From a virus: a stretch of DNA of 26,786 bases. The notes beneath the pieces are model-generated. The model searched no databases. It saw nothing but the letters and a program-made list of their open reading frames with translations, and was not told the DNA's origin. This document shows, in pieces, positions 7,473-16,017 of the stretch. The position numbers and the translations under genes were made by a program. The stretch is from the UHGV virus genome UHGV-0243142; one strand, given 5' to 3'. Within the stretch, counting starts at the first letter, position 1; the number at the start of each line of letters is the position of its first letter.

Positions 7473-9590
7473 ATGCGACAGGCCACGGCGGCGGAGCTAA
7501 GAAAAAACACTGCCGGGATCATCAGAGCACCGCGTCGAATGCCTGTAGCCGAAGCCGTACATAAATATATGCGTGTTCCGGTCGGCGTGGGTAACTCTGT
7601 TGAGTGGGATCCTAATCTTGCCCCTTATGTTGTGGAGCCGATGAACTGCCTGGCATCACGCGAATATGATGCTGTCATTTTTGTTGGCCCTGCCCGAACG
7701 GGTAAAACCATTGGTCTGATTGATGGCTGGGTGGTGTACAACGTTGTCTGCGATCCGTCTGACATGCTCATCATTCAGATGACGGAAGAAAAAGCGCGTG
7801 AACACTCAAAAAAACGTCTGGCCCGAACATTTCGTGTCAGCCCGGAGGTGGCATGCCGGCTGAGTCCTTCACGCAATGACAACAACGTCCATGACCGGAC
7901 TTTCCTTGCAGGGAACTACCTGAAGATAGGCTGGCCGTCTATCAACATCATGTCCTCCTCAGATTTTAAGTGTGTGGCGCTGACGGATTACGATCGCTTC
8001 CCGGAAGATATCGACGGGGAAGGGGACGGATTTTCGCTTGCTTCAAAACGTACCACCACCTTTATGTCGGCGGGGATGACGCTGGTCGAGAGTTCACCGG
8101 GCAGGGAAATCACCAATACAAAGTGGCGGAGAAAGTCACCTCACGAAGCTCCTCCCACGACCGGGATCCTTTCTTTATATAACCGCGGCGATCGTCGTCG
8201 CTGGTACTGGCCATGTCCACATTGCGGGGAATACTTTCAACCGGCCATGGAGGCGATGACAGGCTACCGGGAAACGTCTGACCCGGTAAAGGCCAGCGAA
8301 GCGGCGCATATTGATTGTCCGCATTGTAGCGGCATGATTACCGCCGACAGGAAGCGGGAACTGAACGGAAAGGGTGTCTGGTTGAGAGAGGGACAGACTA
8401 TCGACCGTGAGGGCAATATCACCGGAGAAGCCCGACGCTCGCGCATTGCCTCGTTCTGGATGGAGGGACCAGCGGCGGCATACCAGACATGGGCGCAACT
8501 GGTCTACAAATTACTGACGGCGGAACAGGACTATGAGGCCACTGGAAGCGAAGAAACGCTCAAGACGGTAATAAATACTGACTGGGGGCTTCCTTATCTT
8601 CCCCGTGCAGCCAGTGAGCAGCGACGTGCTGACGTGCTGATGCAGCGGGCAGAAGACTATGGCAAACGGCTTGTGCCGCCGAAAGTCCGTTTTCTTCTGG
8701 CGTCGGTGGATGTGCAGGGCGGGAAGAAGCGCCGTTTTGTCGTCCAGATCATCGGGTACGGTGAAAACGGCGAACGCTGGCTGGTGGACCGTTATAACAT
8801 CCGCCAGTCCCTGCGTTGTGATGAAAATGGTGAGGCGCAGCAGGTGCATCCCGGATCATATCCGGAAGACTGGCAACTGCTCATCACGGATGTCCTCGAA
8901 AAAACTTATACGTTGCAGTCAGACCCTTCGCGACGGATGCCCATTCTTGCAATGGCTGTCGACAGCGGCGGGGAAGATGGGGTAACGGATAACGCCTATA
9001 AATTCTGGCGCCAGTGTCGTCGTGACGGACTGGGTAAACGGGTTTACCTGATAAAAGGTGACAGCACCCGACGCCAGAAAATCATTACCAAAACGCACCC
9101 TGACAACACAGGCCGAAGCGATCGCCGGGCGGATGCGCGTGGTGAGGTTCCGGTATATCTGTTGCAGACAGACCTGCTGAAAGATCAGCTCAGTAACAAC
9201 CTTGAGCGTGAAACACCCGGTGCCGGGTATATCCATTTTCCTGACTGGCTGGGGGAGTGGTTCTACGAAGAACTGACCTACGAAGAACGCGGTACGGACG
9301 GAAAATGGCGCAAGCCCGGAAAAGGCAATAACGAAGCCTTTGACCTTTTCTGTTATGCCCACGCCGTCGCTGTCCTGCGTGGTTATGAAAAAATCCGGGA
9401 CTGGGAACAGCCCCCGGCATGGGCTGCCGCTCAGGAGAGTAATTCAAACATCATTGACGGGGAGCGCCCCAGGGAGATTGCTGTGAAAAAAGCGGTACCT
9501 GTACGTTCGTCTCCTGTTTCTGTAACTGAACAGCCCAGCCCGCTTTCTGGTGGCTGGCTGGGTGTCAGTGACAACGGAGGCTGGCTGTGA
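7473..9590 (+). CDS. Terminase large subunit (lambda gpA family)
   Basis: 705 aa ORF with GAGGAG 6 nt upstream. Contains a Walker A-like motif FVGPARTGKT and is of gpA-like length and position. Confidence 0.85.
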   Translation: MRQATAAELRKNTAGIIRAPRRMPVAEAVHKYMRVPVGVGNSVEWDPNLAPYVVEPMNCLASREYDAVIFVGPARTGKTIGLIDGWVVYNVVCDPSDMLIIQMTEEKAREHSKKRLARTFRVSPEVACRLSPSRNDNNVHDRTFLAGNYLKIGWPSINIMSSSDFKCVALTDYDRFPEDIDGEGDGFSLASKRTTTFMSAGMTLVESSPGREITNTKWRRKSPHEAPPTTGILSLYNRGDRRRWYWPCPHCGEYFQPAMEAMTGYRETSDPVKASEAAHIDCPHCSGMITADRKRELNGKGVWLREGQTIDREGNITGEARRSRIASFWMEGPAAAYQTWAQLVYKLLTAEQDYEATGSEETLKTVINTDWGLPYLPRAASEQRRADVLMQRAEDYGKRLVPPKVRFLLASVDVQGGKKRRFVVQIIGYGENGERWLVDRYNIRQSLRCDENGEAQQVHPGSYPEDWQLLITDVLEKTYTLQSDPSRRMPILAMAVDSGGEDGVTDNAYKFWRQCRRDGLGKRVYLIKGDSTRRQKIITKTHPDNTGRSDRRADARGEVPVYLLQTDLLKDQLSNNLERETPGAGYIHFPDWLGEWFYEELTYEERGTDGKWRKPGKGNNEAFDLFCYAHAVAVLRGYEKIRDWEQPPAWAAAQESNSNIIDGERPREIAVKKAVPVRSSPVSVTEQPSPLSGGWLGVSDNGGWL

Positions 9591-9802
9591 CGAAATCAGA
9601 AATTCAGCAGATGCTGGTAACAGTACGCCAGGCATACCGTGATTCCCTGGACGGGAAAAGTGTGTCTTTTACGGGCGTAAATGGTCGCGCCATAACTAAC
9701 CATGATCCCGTGGCGCTTCGCAGAGAGCTGGAATACTGGGAAAAACGTTGGGTTGCCGTGAACCGTCGCGGTGGATCTTTCAAACTCGCCAGATTTAATT
9801 AA
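9587..9802 (+). CDS. Head-tail joining protein (lambda gpW-like)
   Basis: 71 aa ORF with GTG start overlapping the terminase stop (GTGA) and GGAGG 8 nt upstream. Size and position between large terminase and portal match lambda W. Confidence 0.65.
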   Translation: MTKSEIQQMLVTVRQAYRDSLDGKSVSFTGVNGRAITNHDPVALRRELEYWEKRWVAVNRRGGSFKLARFN

Positions 9803-9810
9803 GGTCTTCC

Positions 9811-11322
9811 ATGGGTATTTTCGACAGAGCACTTGGTGCAATTGCGCCAGGGTGGGCAGTTGCGCGCGCCAGAAACAAAATGCTGTTGCAGGCATACGAT
9901 GCGGCACAGCCTTCCCGGCTTAATAAAACGAAGCGCGAGAGCCGCGCGGCTGACACTGCTGTTGGTGTTGCAGGGATATCACTGCGCGAGCAGGCGCGGG
10001 CGCTGGATGAAGACCATGACATTGTAATTGGTCTGCTGGATAAGCTCGAGGAGCGGGTGATTGGTGCCCAGGGGATTCAGGTTGAACCGCAGCCACTGGG
10101 GATGGACGGCAAACTGCATGAAGAATTTGCGGCAAAGATTTCCGCGCTCTGGTCCGAATGGTCAGTTCGCCCGGAAGTGACCGGGATGTTTACCCGTCCG
10201 GAAGCGGAACGGCTGGCGCTGCGTTCCGCACTGCGTGATGGTGAAATTTTTACCCAGCTTGTGAGAGGGCCAGTTGCTGGTCTGACTCACTCGACCAGTG
10301 TGCCGTTTTCTCTGGAGTTGCTCGAGGCCGACTTTGTGCCGATGAACCTGAACAGCACCTCGGGGCAGCAGATCCGTCAGGGTATTATTGTGAATAACTG
10401 GGGCCGTCCGACAGGCTACCGGGTTTATAAATTCCATCCGGCCAACATGACGCGTTTTAGCGCAGAACTGAAAACTGTTTCTGCTGAGAATATGCTGCAT
10501 CTCGCGCAGCGAAAACGTCTCCATCAGTTACGCGGGGTGAGTCTGTTACACGGCGTGATCCGCCGCCTTGGCGACATTAAGGATTACGAAGAGAGTGAGC
10601 GCGTGGCCGCAAGAATCGCTGCTGCGCTGGGCTTTTATATCAAGAGAGGTGATGCCGCTACTTTCCCGCAAGAAGATGACTGGAAGCCGTCAGAAAATAA
10701 ATACCGCTATTTTGATATCGCGCCCGGGATGATTTTTGACGATCTGGCACCGGGCGAAGATCTGGGCATGGTCGAGTCCAATCGTCCGAATGTCCATCTT
10801 CATGAGTTTCGCAACGGGCAATTACGTGCTGTTGCCGCCGGAAGCCGGGGAAGCTATTCCAGCATTGCCCGTGACTACAATGGCACATACAGCGCCCAGC
10901 GCCAGGAACTGGTGGAAAGCTACGAAGGCTATAACGTCCTGCAGCAATGGTTTGTTGGCCAGCACAGTCGCCCGGTATACCGCGCCTGGCTGGCGATGGC
11001 GCTGTTAACGACAGATATCCCACCGGATGTGGATCGAACAACCCTCTTTAATGCGACCTATCTTGGCCCGGTTATGCCGTGGATTGACCCTGTAAAAGAG
11101 GCAATGGCCTGGCGGGGAATTGTGCGCGGTGGTGCGGGAACAGAAGCGGAATGGATCCGCGCCCGCGGGCAATCCCCCCAGGAGGTGAAGCGACAGCGTA
11201 TGCGTGAAACCGAATTCAACCGAGAAAACGGGCTGGTGTTCGATTCAGACGCCGCCAACGATAAAGGAGTGCTCCCTGATGCAGCAAATGATAAGCCCGC
11301 CCCGTCGCGGGACGATGATTAA
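9811..11322 (+). CDS. Portal protein (lambda gpB family)
   Basis: 503 aa ORF immediately after the W-like gene. Length and position fit a lambda-type portal; the C-terminus is acidic. Confidence 0.85.
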   Translation: MGIFDRALGAIAPGWAVARARNKMLLQAYDAAQPSRLNKTKRESRAADTAVGVAGISLREQARALDEDHDIVIGLLDKLEERVIGAQGIQVEPQPLGMDGKLHEEFAAKISALWSEWSVRPEVTGMFTRPEAERLALRSALRDGEIFTQLVRGPVAGLTHSTSVPFSLELLEADFVPMNLNSTSGQQIRQGIIVNNWGRPTGYRVYKFHPANMTRFSAELKTVSAENMLHLAQRKRLHQLRGVSLLHGVIRRLGDIKDYEESERVAARIAAALGFYIKRGDAATFPQEDDWKPSENKYRYFDIAPGMIFDDLAPGEDLGMVESNRPNVHLHEFRNGQLRAVAAGSRGSYSSIARDYNGTYSAQRQELVESYEGYNVLQQWFVGQHSRPVYRAWLAMALLTTDIPPDVDRTTLFNATYLGPVMPWIDPVKEAMAWRGIVRGGAGTEAEWIRARGQSPQEVKRQRMRETEFNRENGLVFDSDAANDKGVLPDAANDKPAPSRDDD

Positions 11323-13381
11323 TCCCTGCGCCAGTGTGGCTGGTATCGATGCAGCAAACGGTCAGTGCTGGTATGAGATACGCGCCCTGGCTGCAGGGCG
11401 TGTGGAAATATTTCTCTATGACGTGATCGGCGGCTGGGGGATTACCGCTCAGCAGTTCGTCTCCGACTGTAAGGAAGCCGGGGTGTTTGAGGCCAGCGCC
11501 GTTGATCTGCATATCCACAGCCCTGGCGGGGATGTGATGCAGGGATTTGCCATCTTTAACACCTTGTCCCGTCTGAAGGCGAAGCTGGATATCTGGGTGG
11601 ACGGCGTGGCTGCCAGTATGGCTTCAATGATTGTCTGCCTGCCCGGTGCCACGGTGCATATGCCGGAAAATGCCTGGCTGATGGTACACAAGCCGTGGGG
11701 TGGGATCGCCGGAGATTCCGATGATATGCGTGACTACGCTGCCTGGCTTGATCGTAATGAAGCGCTGATGCTCAGTGCCTACATGAACAAGACCGGGCTG
11801 GGGCAGGAAGAACTGGAGGCGATGCTGAAAGCTGAAACCTGGCTTAATGGCGCGGAGGCGGTGGAAAAAGGTTTCGCTGACACGCTTGAACCAGAACTGC
11901 AGGCCGCGGCCTGTGTGAATCAAAATAAACTGAAGGATTACCAGAATATGCCAGAACAGATTAACAACCTTTTTGGGCCGCGCGCCGAAGCCCCTGCAAG
12001 TCAGCCGCAACCCGCACAAAACCCGGCTCCTCAGGCCGCAAATAACCCACCGGCACCGCAACCCGCCCAGCAACCACTGGCAGGAAATATCGACATTACC
12101 GCACTGGCCGCCCAGCTCCAGCAGCAGATGCAGGCAGCGAATACTGAACGAGTCAGCGCAGTTTCTGCTGTGTTTGATGCGTTTCCTGCTTTCGGCTCGC
12201 TGAAAGCAGAATGTATCACGGATATTTCCTGCTCAGCGGAACAGGCCCGTACCAAATTGCTCAATGCGCTGGCGGCAGGGACTACCCCGAGTGCCGGACC
12301 GGGTGCAGTTCACATCCATGCGGGTAACGGGAACATTGTTGGTGATTCCATTCGTGCAGCGGTAATGAACCGTGCGGGCTATGCGCAGGCGGAAAAAGAT
12401 AACGCCTACAACGGGTATACCCTGCGCGAACTGGCCCGCGCCTCGCTGGTGGATCGTGGTATCGGTATTTCTGGTGTCGGTACAGCACAGGCGATGGTTG
12501 GGCTGGCGTTCACCCACAGCAGCAGCGATTTCGGCAATATCCTGATGGATGTGGCGCATAAGGCGGCATTGCTTGGCTGGGATGAGGCCAGCGAAACATT
12601 CGAACAGTGGACCCGTAAAGGCACACTCACCGATTTCAAAACCGCGCACCGCGTTGGCCTGGAATCACTGGCATCGCTGCGTAAGGTTCGCGCCGGGGCG
12701 GAATATAAATATGTCACCATTAAAGATCGCGGTGAGCCGATTGCACTGGCCACCTATGGTGAGCTTTTCAGCATTGACCGCCAGACTATCATCAACGACG
12801 ACCTGGATATGCTGACGCGTATCCCGCAGGCAATGGGGCTTGCTGCGCGAGCTACTGTCGGCGATCTGGTCTGGGCTGTACTGACCAGCAACCCGAAAAT
12901 GTCGGACGGTAAGCCGTTGTTCCACGCCGATCACGGCAACCTTGTTGCAGCCGATCTGACTATTGAAGGGCTGGATACTGCGCGTAAGGCAATGCTGCTG
13001 CAAAAATCCGGCGATCGCCGTCTGAATATTCGTCCGGCCTACATGCTGACGCCAGTGGCAATTGAGTCACGGGCAAACCAGCTGATTAAATCCGCCAGTG
13101 TACCGGGTGCAGACGCGAACAGCGGGATCGTTAACCCGATCCAGAACTTTGTGACCGTGGCTTCTGAGGCCCGCCTGGATGACAGCAGCCCGACCGATTA
13201 TTACCTGACCGCTGCGCAGGGGCGCGACACCATTGAAGTGGCGTATCTCGATGGTATCGACACGCCATATCTGGAACAGCAGCAGGGCTTCACTGTGGAC
13301 GGCGCGGCATTCAAGGTGCGCATTGATGCGGGGGTGGCTCCGCTCGACTGGCGCGGGCTGGTTAAAGTCACCAAAAAATAA
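11279..13381 (+). CDS. Fused head maturation protease (ClpP/S49-like) - scaffold - major capsid protein
   Basis: AAGGAG lies 9 nt upstream of ATG 11279, which overlaps the portal 3' end. The N-terminal third (IFLYDVIGGWGI...HIHSPGGDV...VDGVAASMASMI) is ClpP/S49 protease-like. A Pro/Gln/Ala-rich low-complexity linker follows (about 11950-12130), then a roughly 400 aa capsid-like domain. This fused arrangement occurs in Gifsy-type prophages (from memory). Confidence 0.75.
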   Translation: MQQMISPPRRGTMINPCASVAGIDAANGQCWYEIRALAAGRVEIFLYDVIGGWGITAQQFVSDCKEAGVFEASAVDLHIHSPGGDVMQGFAIFNTLSRLKAKLDIWVDGVAASMASMIVCLPGATVHMPENAWLMVHKPWGGIAGDSDDMRDYAAWLDRNEALMLSAYMNKTGLGQEELEAMLKAETWLNGAEAVEKGFADTLEPELQAAACVNQNKLKDYQNMPEQINNLFGPRAEAPASQPQPAQNPAPQAANNPPAPQPAQQPLAGNIDITALAAQLQQQMQAANTERVSAVSAVFDAFPAFGSLKAECITDISCSAEQARTKLLNALAAGTTPSAGPGAVHIHAGNGNIVGDSIRAAVMNRAGYAQAEKDNAYNGYTLRELARASLVDRGIGISGVGTAQAMVGLAFTHSSSDFGNILMDVAHKAALLGWDEASETFEQWTRKGTLTDFKTAHRVGLESLASLRKVRAGAEYKYVTIKDRGEPIALATYGELFSIDRQTIINDDLDMLTRIPQAMGLAARATVGDLVWAVLTSNPKMSDGKPLFHADHGNLVAADLTIEGLDTARKAMLLQKSGDRRLNIRPAYMLTPVAIESRANQLIKSASVPGADANSGIVNPIQNFVTVASEARLDDSSPTDYYLTAAQGRDTIEVAYLDGIDTPYLEQQQGFTVDGAAFKVRIDAGVAPLDWRGLVKVTKK

Positions 13382-13382
13382 T

Positions 13383-13406
13383 GACCGCCGCCTGGCGGTT
13401 TTTTTA
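13383..13406 (+). terminator. Intrinsic terminator or attenuator after the capsid gene
   Basis: Hairpin ACCGCC (13384-13389) / GGCGGT (13394-13399), loop GCCT, then T7. A second weaker hairpin AGGCG / CGCCT with a T-rich tail follows at about 13411-13435. Confidence 0.5.
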
Positions 13407-13453
13407 TCCCTGAAGGCGGCGCTGGTCGCCTTTTCCTTTTATGGAGAAAAAAC

Positions 13454-13789
13454 ATGGCGAATAACTATCAGCAGGACGGTACCACACTGGATTATCACAA
13501 TGCGGGTGTTGATGCCGTTTCATCCGGTGCGCTGGTGGCGGTCGGCGGAATTGCCGGGGTGGCACACAGCGATATTCCTGCTGGCGAGTGGGGAACACTG
13601 CATATGGCCGGTGTTTTTGTGCTGCCTAAAGCGGCAGAAGAAATTGCAGCAGGCCAGAAACTGTATCTGGCTGGCGGCAAGCTGACGGTGGCAAAAGGCG
13701 ATGATGCAACGCCAAATCCGGTTGTCGGTTCCGCCTGGGGAGCAGCTGAGGTGGATAATGCTGATGTTGCCGTCCGCCTGGGGTTCTGA
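13454..13789 (+). CDS. Small capsid-associated protein (DUF2190-like, probable decoration protein)
   Basis: GGAG lies 7 nt upstream of the ATG. 111 aa, Gly/Ala-rich (ALVAVGGIAGVAHSDIPAGEWGTLHMAGVFVLPKAA), directly after the capsid gene where decoration proteins are encoded. Confidence 0.55.
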   Translation: MANNYQQDGTTLDYHNAGVDAVSSGALVAVGGIAGVAHSDIPAGEWGTLHMAGVFVLPKAAEEIAAGQKLYLAGGKLTVAKGDDATPNPVVGSAWGAAEVDNADVAVRLGF

Positions 13790-14145
13790 TGAGCCGGTTC
13801 CGGGAACGTTTGGCTAAAGCAGATGCCCGGATTAACCGGGCGTTTGCCGAAGAAGTCCCTGCATGCCTGCAAACGGGTGAAGGCCCGCGTCTGGTGACCG
13901 TGATTTTTGAATCACCGGATGCGCTGTCGGGTGTACCGGGTGGCGGGGAAATTCAGAACCATTCCCCGGCGTTCAGTGCAATGACTGCGGATATTTCCGG
14001 CCTCGAAAAACATGACGGTGTGGTGATCAACACCATCCCTTACCGGGTGACACATATCGGCGCGGATGAAGAAGGGCGGACCCGCGTCACGCTGGCATAT
14101 GGGGAACCCGGCAAAACACAGCCTCAGATCGATAAATGGAGCTGA
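13789..14145 (+). CDS. Putative head-tail attachment protein (lambda FII-like by position and size)
   Basis: 118 aa ORF whose start overlaps the upstream stop (TGATG). Follows the capsid and decoration genes; lambda FII is 117 aa (from memory). No diagnostic motif recognised. Confidence 0.4.
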   Translation: MSRFRERLAKADARINRAFAEEVPACLQTGEGPRLVTVIFESPDALSGVPGGGEIQNHSPAFSAMTADISGLEKHDGVVINTIPYRVTHIGADEEGRTRVTLAYGEPGKTQPQIDKWS

Positions 14146-14146
14146 T

Positions 14147-14803
14147 ATGGCGCGGGAGTCTCGACTGCGACGGGATTTACCCGTCGATATTGATGTGGAT
14201 GTTATCTGGCGAATTGCGGACAGTATCGGTGCGACGCAAAAACAGTTCCGTGCAGCATACTCGCGCGCGCTCAGGCGTACTGCCGCCACGCTGCGAAAGA
14301 AAGCGATGGCGGATCTGAAAGACGGGCTGGCCCCACGCAGTATGGATCTGGTCCGGCGCCGTCTGCTGTCTTTTCGCCTGGACAGGGGATCGCAACTGGA
14401 TAACTTCCGGCTCTGGTTCGGGCTGAATGCCATTAAGGTGAAAGACCTTAAAGGACGAATCAACGGGCGGCTGCGACCGCACCATACCCGGCGTGACCGC
14501 AACACGGGGCGTTTTATTAAAGCACGCCGCCAGGCAGATAACGCCGGATTTTCCCCGAAAGGGAATCTGCTGAGCGAACGGTCGTTTGAAAACGGGGAGG
14601 TGTCCCGTTCAAAACGGGATAATCGCCGGACGGTGGTTATTCGCGATCCCCTGAGCCGCCGGACACGCGAAGCAGAAATGGATATCTACGAACCGATGCT
14701 GAACTACATCGAGGACAACGCATTTGCGGAAGCGATGGAGATTTTTATGCATCACTTTGAAACCGACATTCGCGGGCGCGTAAAAGCCCGCATTTCTGTC
14801 TGA
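14147..14803 (+). CDS. Structural-module protein of unknown function (Arg-rich; possibly gpZ-like neck protein)
   Basis: GGAG precedes ATG 14147. 218 aa, very basic (many Arg). Lies between head and tail modules in the position of lambda Z. Confidence 0.35.
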   Translation: MARESRLRRDLPVDIDVDVIWRIADSIGATQKQFRAAYSRALRRTAATLRKKAMADLKDGLAPRSMDLVRRRLLSFRLDRGSQLDNFRLWFGLNAIKVKDLKGRINGRLRPHHTRRDRNTGRFIKARRQADNAGFSPKGNLLSERSFENGEVSRSKRDNRRTVVIRDPLSRRTREAEMDIYEPMLNYIEDNAFAEAMEIFMHHFETDIRGRVKARISV

Positions 14804-14814
14804 GGTAACGAACG

Positions 14815-15369
14815 ATGGCCGAGCCACTGTTGCTGGGGCGGTATCACGATGCCGTGACTGACGCATTAAAAAAAATCGGATGGGTGCGTGATGCCGGTGC
14901 GTATCCGGAAAGAAATGTTCCCCGCTTTTCGGGCCTGACCACGCCCGCGGTGTATTTCTCGATTAACAGCTGGGAACAGGGCGGAGGTAATGAGGGGCAA
15001 CTGGGCGTTAATTTAACCTGTGATCTCTTCGTGGTGGTGGATGCTGCCGGATCGGGTGTGAGTCAGCCTGAGATTTTTGTCAGAACCGCTGCGGCCGATA
15101 TTACCCAGTGGATTGACGGGCAGCAGTTTGGTCTGGGCCATATTGAGCCTGCGGTATTCACCACGGCTGAACGTGATGAGTTTGATCCGCGAATGGATGA
15201 TTATCTGGTCTGGCGTATTTCATTCACCCAGGCGGCTGCATTTGGTACTGACCCCTTTGCAAACAATGGTATGCCTCTGCAGCAGGCCTGGCTGGGTGCA
15301 GCACCTGATACGGGCCGTAATCACGTGGATGACTATCAGCTTATCTGGGAGGCTCAGCCCGATGAGTGA
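14815..15369 (+). CDS. Structural-module protein of unknown function (possible neck / tail-completion protein)
   Basis: 184 aa ORF between the head-completion genes and the baseplate spike gene. Its stop overlaps the next start. No recognisable motif. Confidence 0.35.
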   Translation: MAEPLLLGRYHDAVTDALKKIGWVRDAGAYPERNVPRFSGLTTPAVYFSINSWEQGGGNEGQLGVNLTCDLFVVVDAAGSGVSQPEIFVRTAAADITQWIDGQQFGLGHIEPAVFTTAERDEFDPRMDDYLVWRISFTQAAAFGTDPFANNGMPLQQAWLGAAPDTGRNHVDDYQLIWEAQPDE

Positions 15370-15979
15370 TATCGCAGGCGACCTGCAGCGCAGACTGGCG
15401 AACCTTGTCCGGCGCGGTGTTATCCATTCCGTCAGGCACGATCGCATCCCAAAATGCCGGGTGGATTTGGGGGATATCATCACGACCTGGCTGCCGTTGT
15501 GCCAGGGGTTTTCAGGAACTAACCGGGCGGATTCAAATCCTTATGCCGTGGGGGATGCGGTTACGGTCCTGTCCGAAGCCGGAGAACTCAACAACGGACG
15601 GGTGTTTCCCGGCTGGAACACAGGAAAGCTGCCGGTGCCGGAAGGAAGTGACAGCGAGCACATTACCCGTTACAGCGACGGGACCGAGATCCGTTATGAC
15701 AGGAACGCGCATGCCCTGACGATTACGCTGGCTGATGGTGGAACCTACAAAATTGTCGGTAAAGGCACGCTGGATGGTCCGGTTGAAATTACGGATACCC
15801 TGACAGTCCAGGGCAAAACCCAGATTAATGCCGACACGTCGGTTGCAGGGAATATCGGGGCGTCAAAGGAGATAACGGATAAATCCGGCAGCATGAGCAA
15901 GATACGTGAAGTATTTAACAACCACGATCACCGCGGCGACAGCGGCGGGCTCACCGATAAACCAAATCAGAAAATGTGA
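15362..15979 (+). CDS. Baseplate spike / assembly protein V (P2 gpV family)
   Basis: GGGAGG lies 9 nt upstream; the ATG overlaps the upstream stop. N-terminus LQRRLANLVRRGVIHSV...RVDLGDIITTWLP and C-terminal HDHRGDSGGLT parallel P2 gpV (HKHPGDSGG motif, from memory). Confidence 0.75.
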   Translation: MSDIAGDLQRRLANLVRRGVIHSVRHDRIPKCRVDLGDIITTWLPLCQGFSGTNRADSNPYAVGDAVTVLSEAGELNNGRVFPGWNTGKLPVPEGSDSEHITRYSDGTEIRYDRNAHALTITLADGGTYKIVGKGTLDGPVEITDTLTVQGKTQINADTSVAGNIGASKEITDKSGSMSKIREVFNNHDHRGDSGGLTDKPNQKM

Positions 15980-16000
15980 CCTGCTGCGGCAGGTTTTTTT
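15979..16000 (+). terminator. Intrinsic terminator or attenuator upstream of the sheath gene
   Basis: Hairpin ACCTGC (15979-15984) / GCAGGT (15989-15994), loop TGCG, then T7. Confidence 0.5.
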
Positions 16001-16017
16001 ATGCCTGGAGAAAAAAC

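Noticed and set aside
11204-11278. Upstream extension of the protease-capsid ORF to ATG 11204
   Set aside because: The extension lies within the portal gene and has no ribosome-binding site; ATG 11279 has a strong AAGGAG at ideal spacing.
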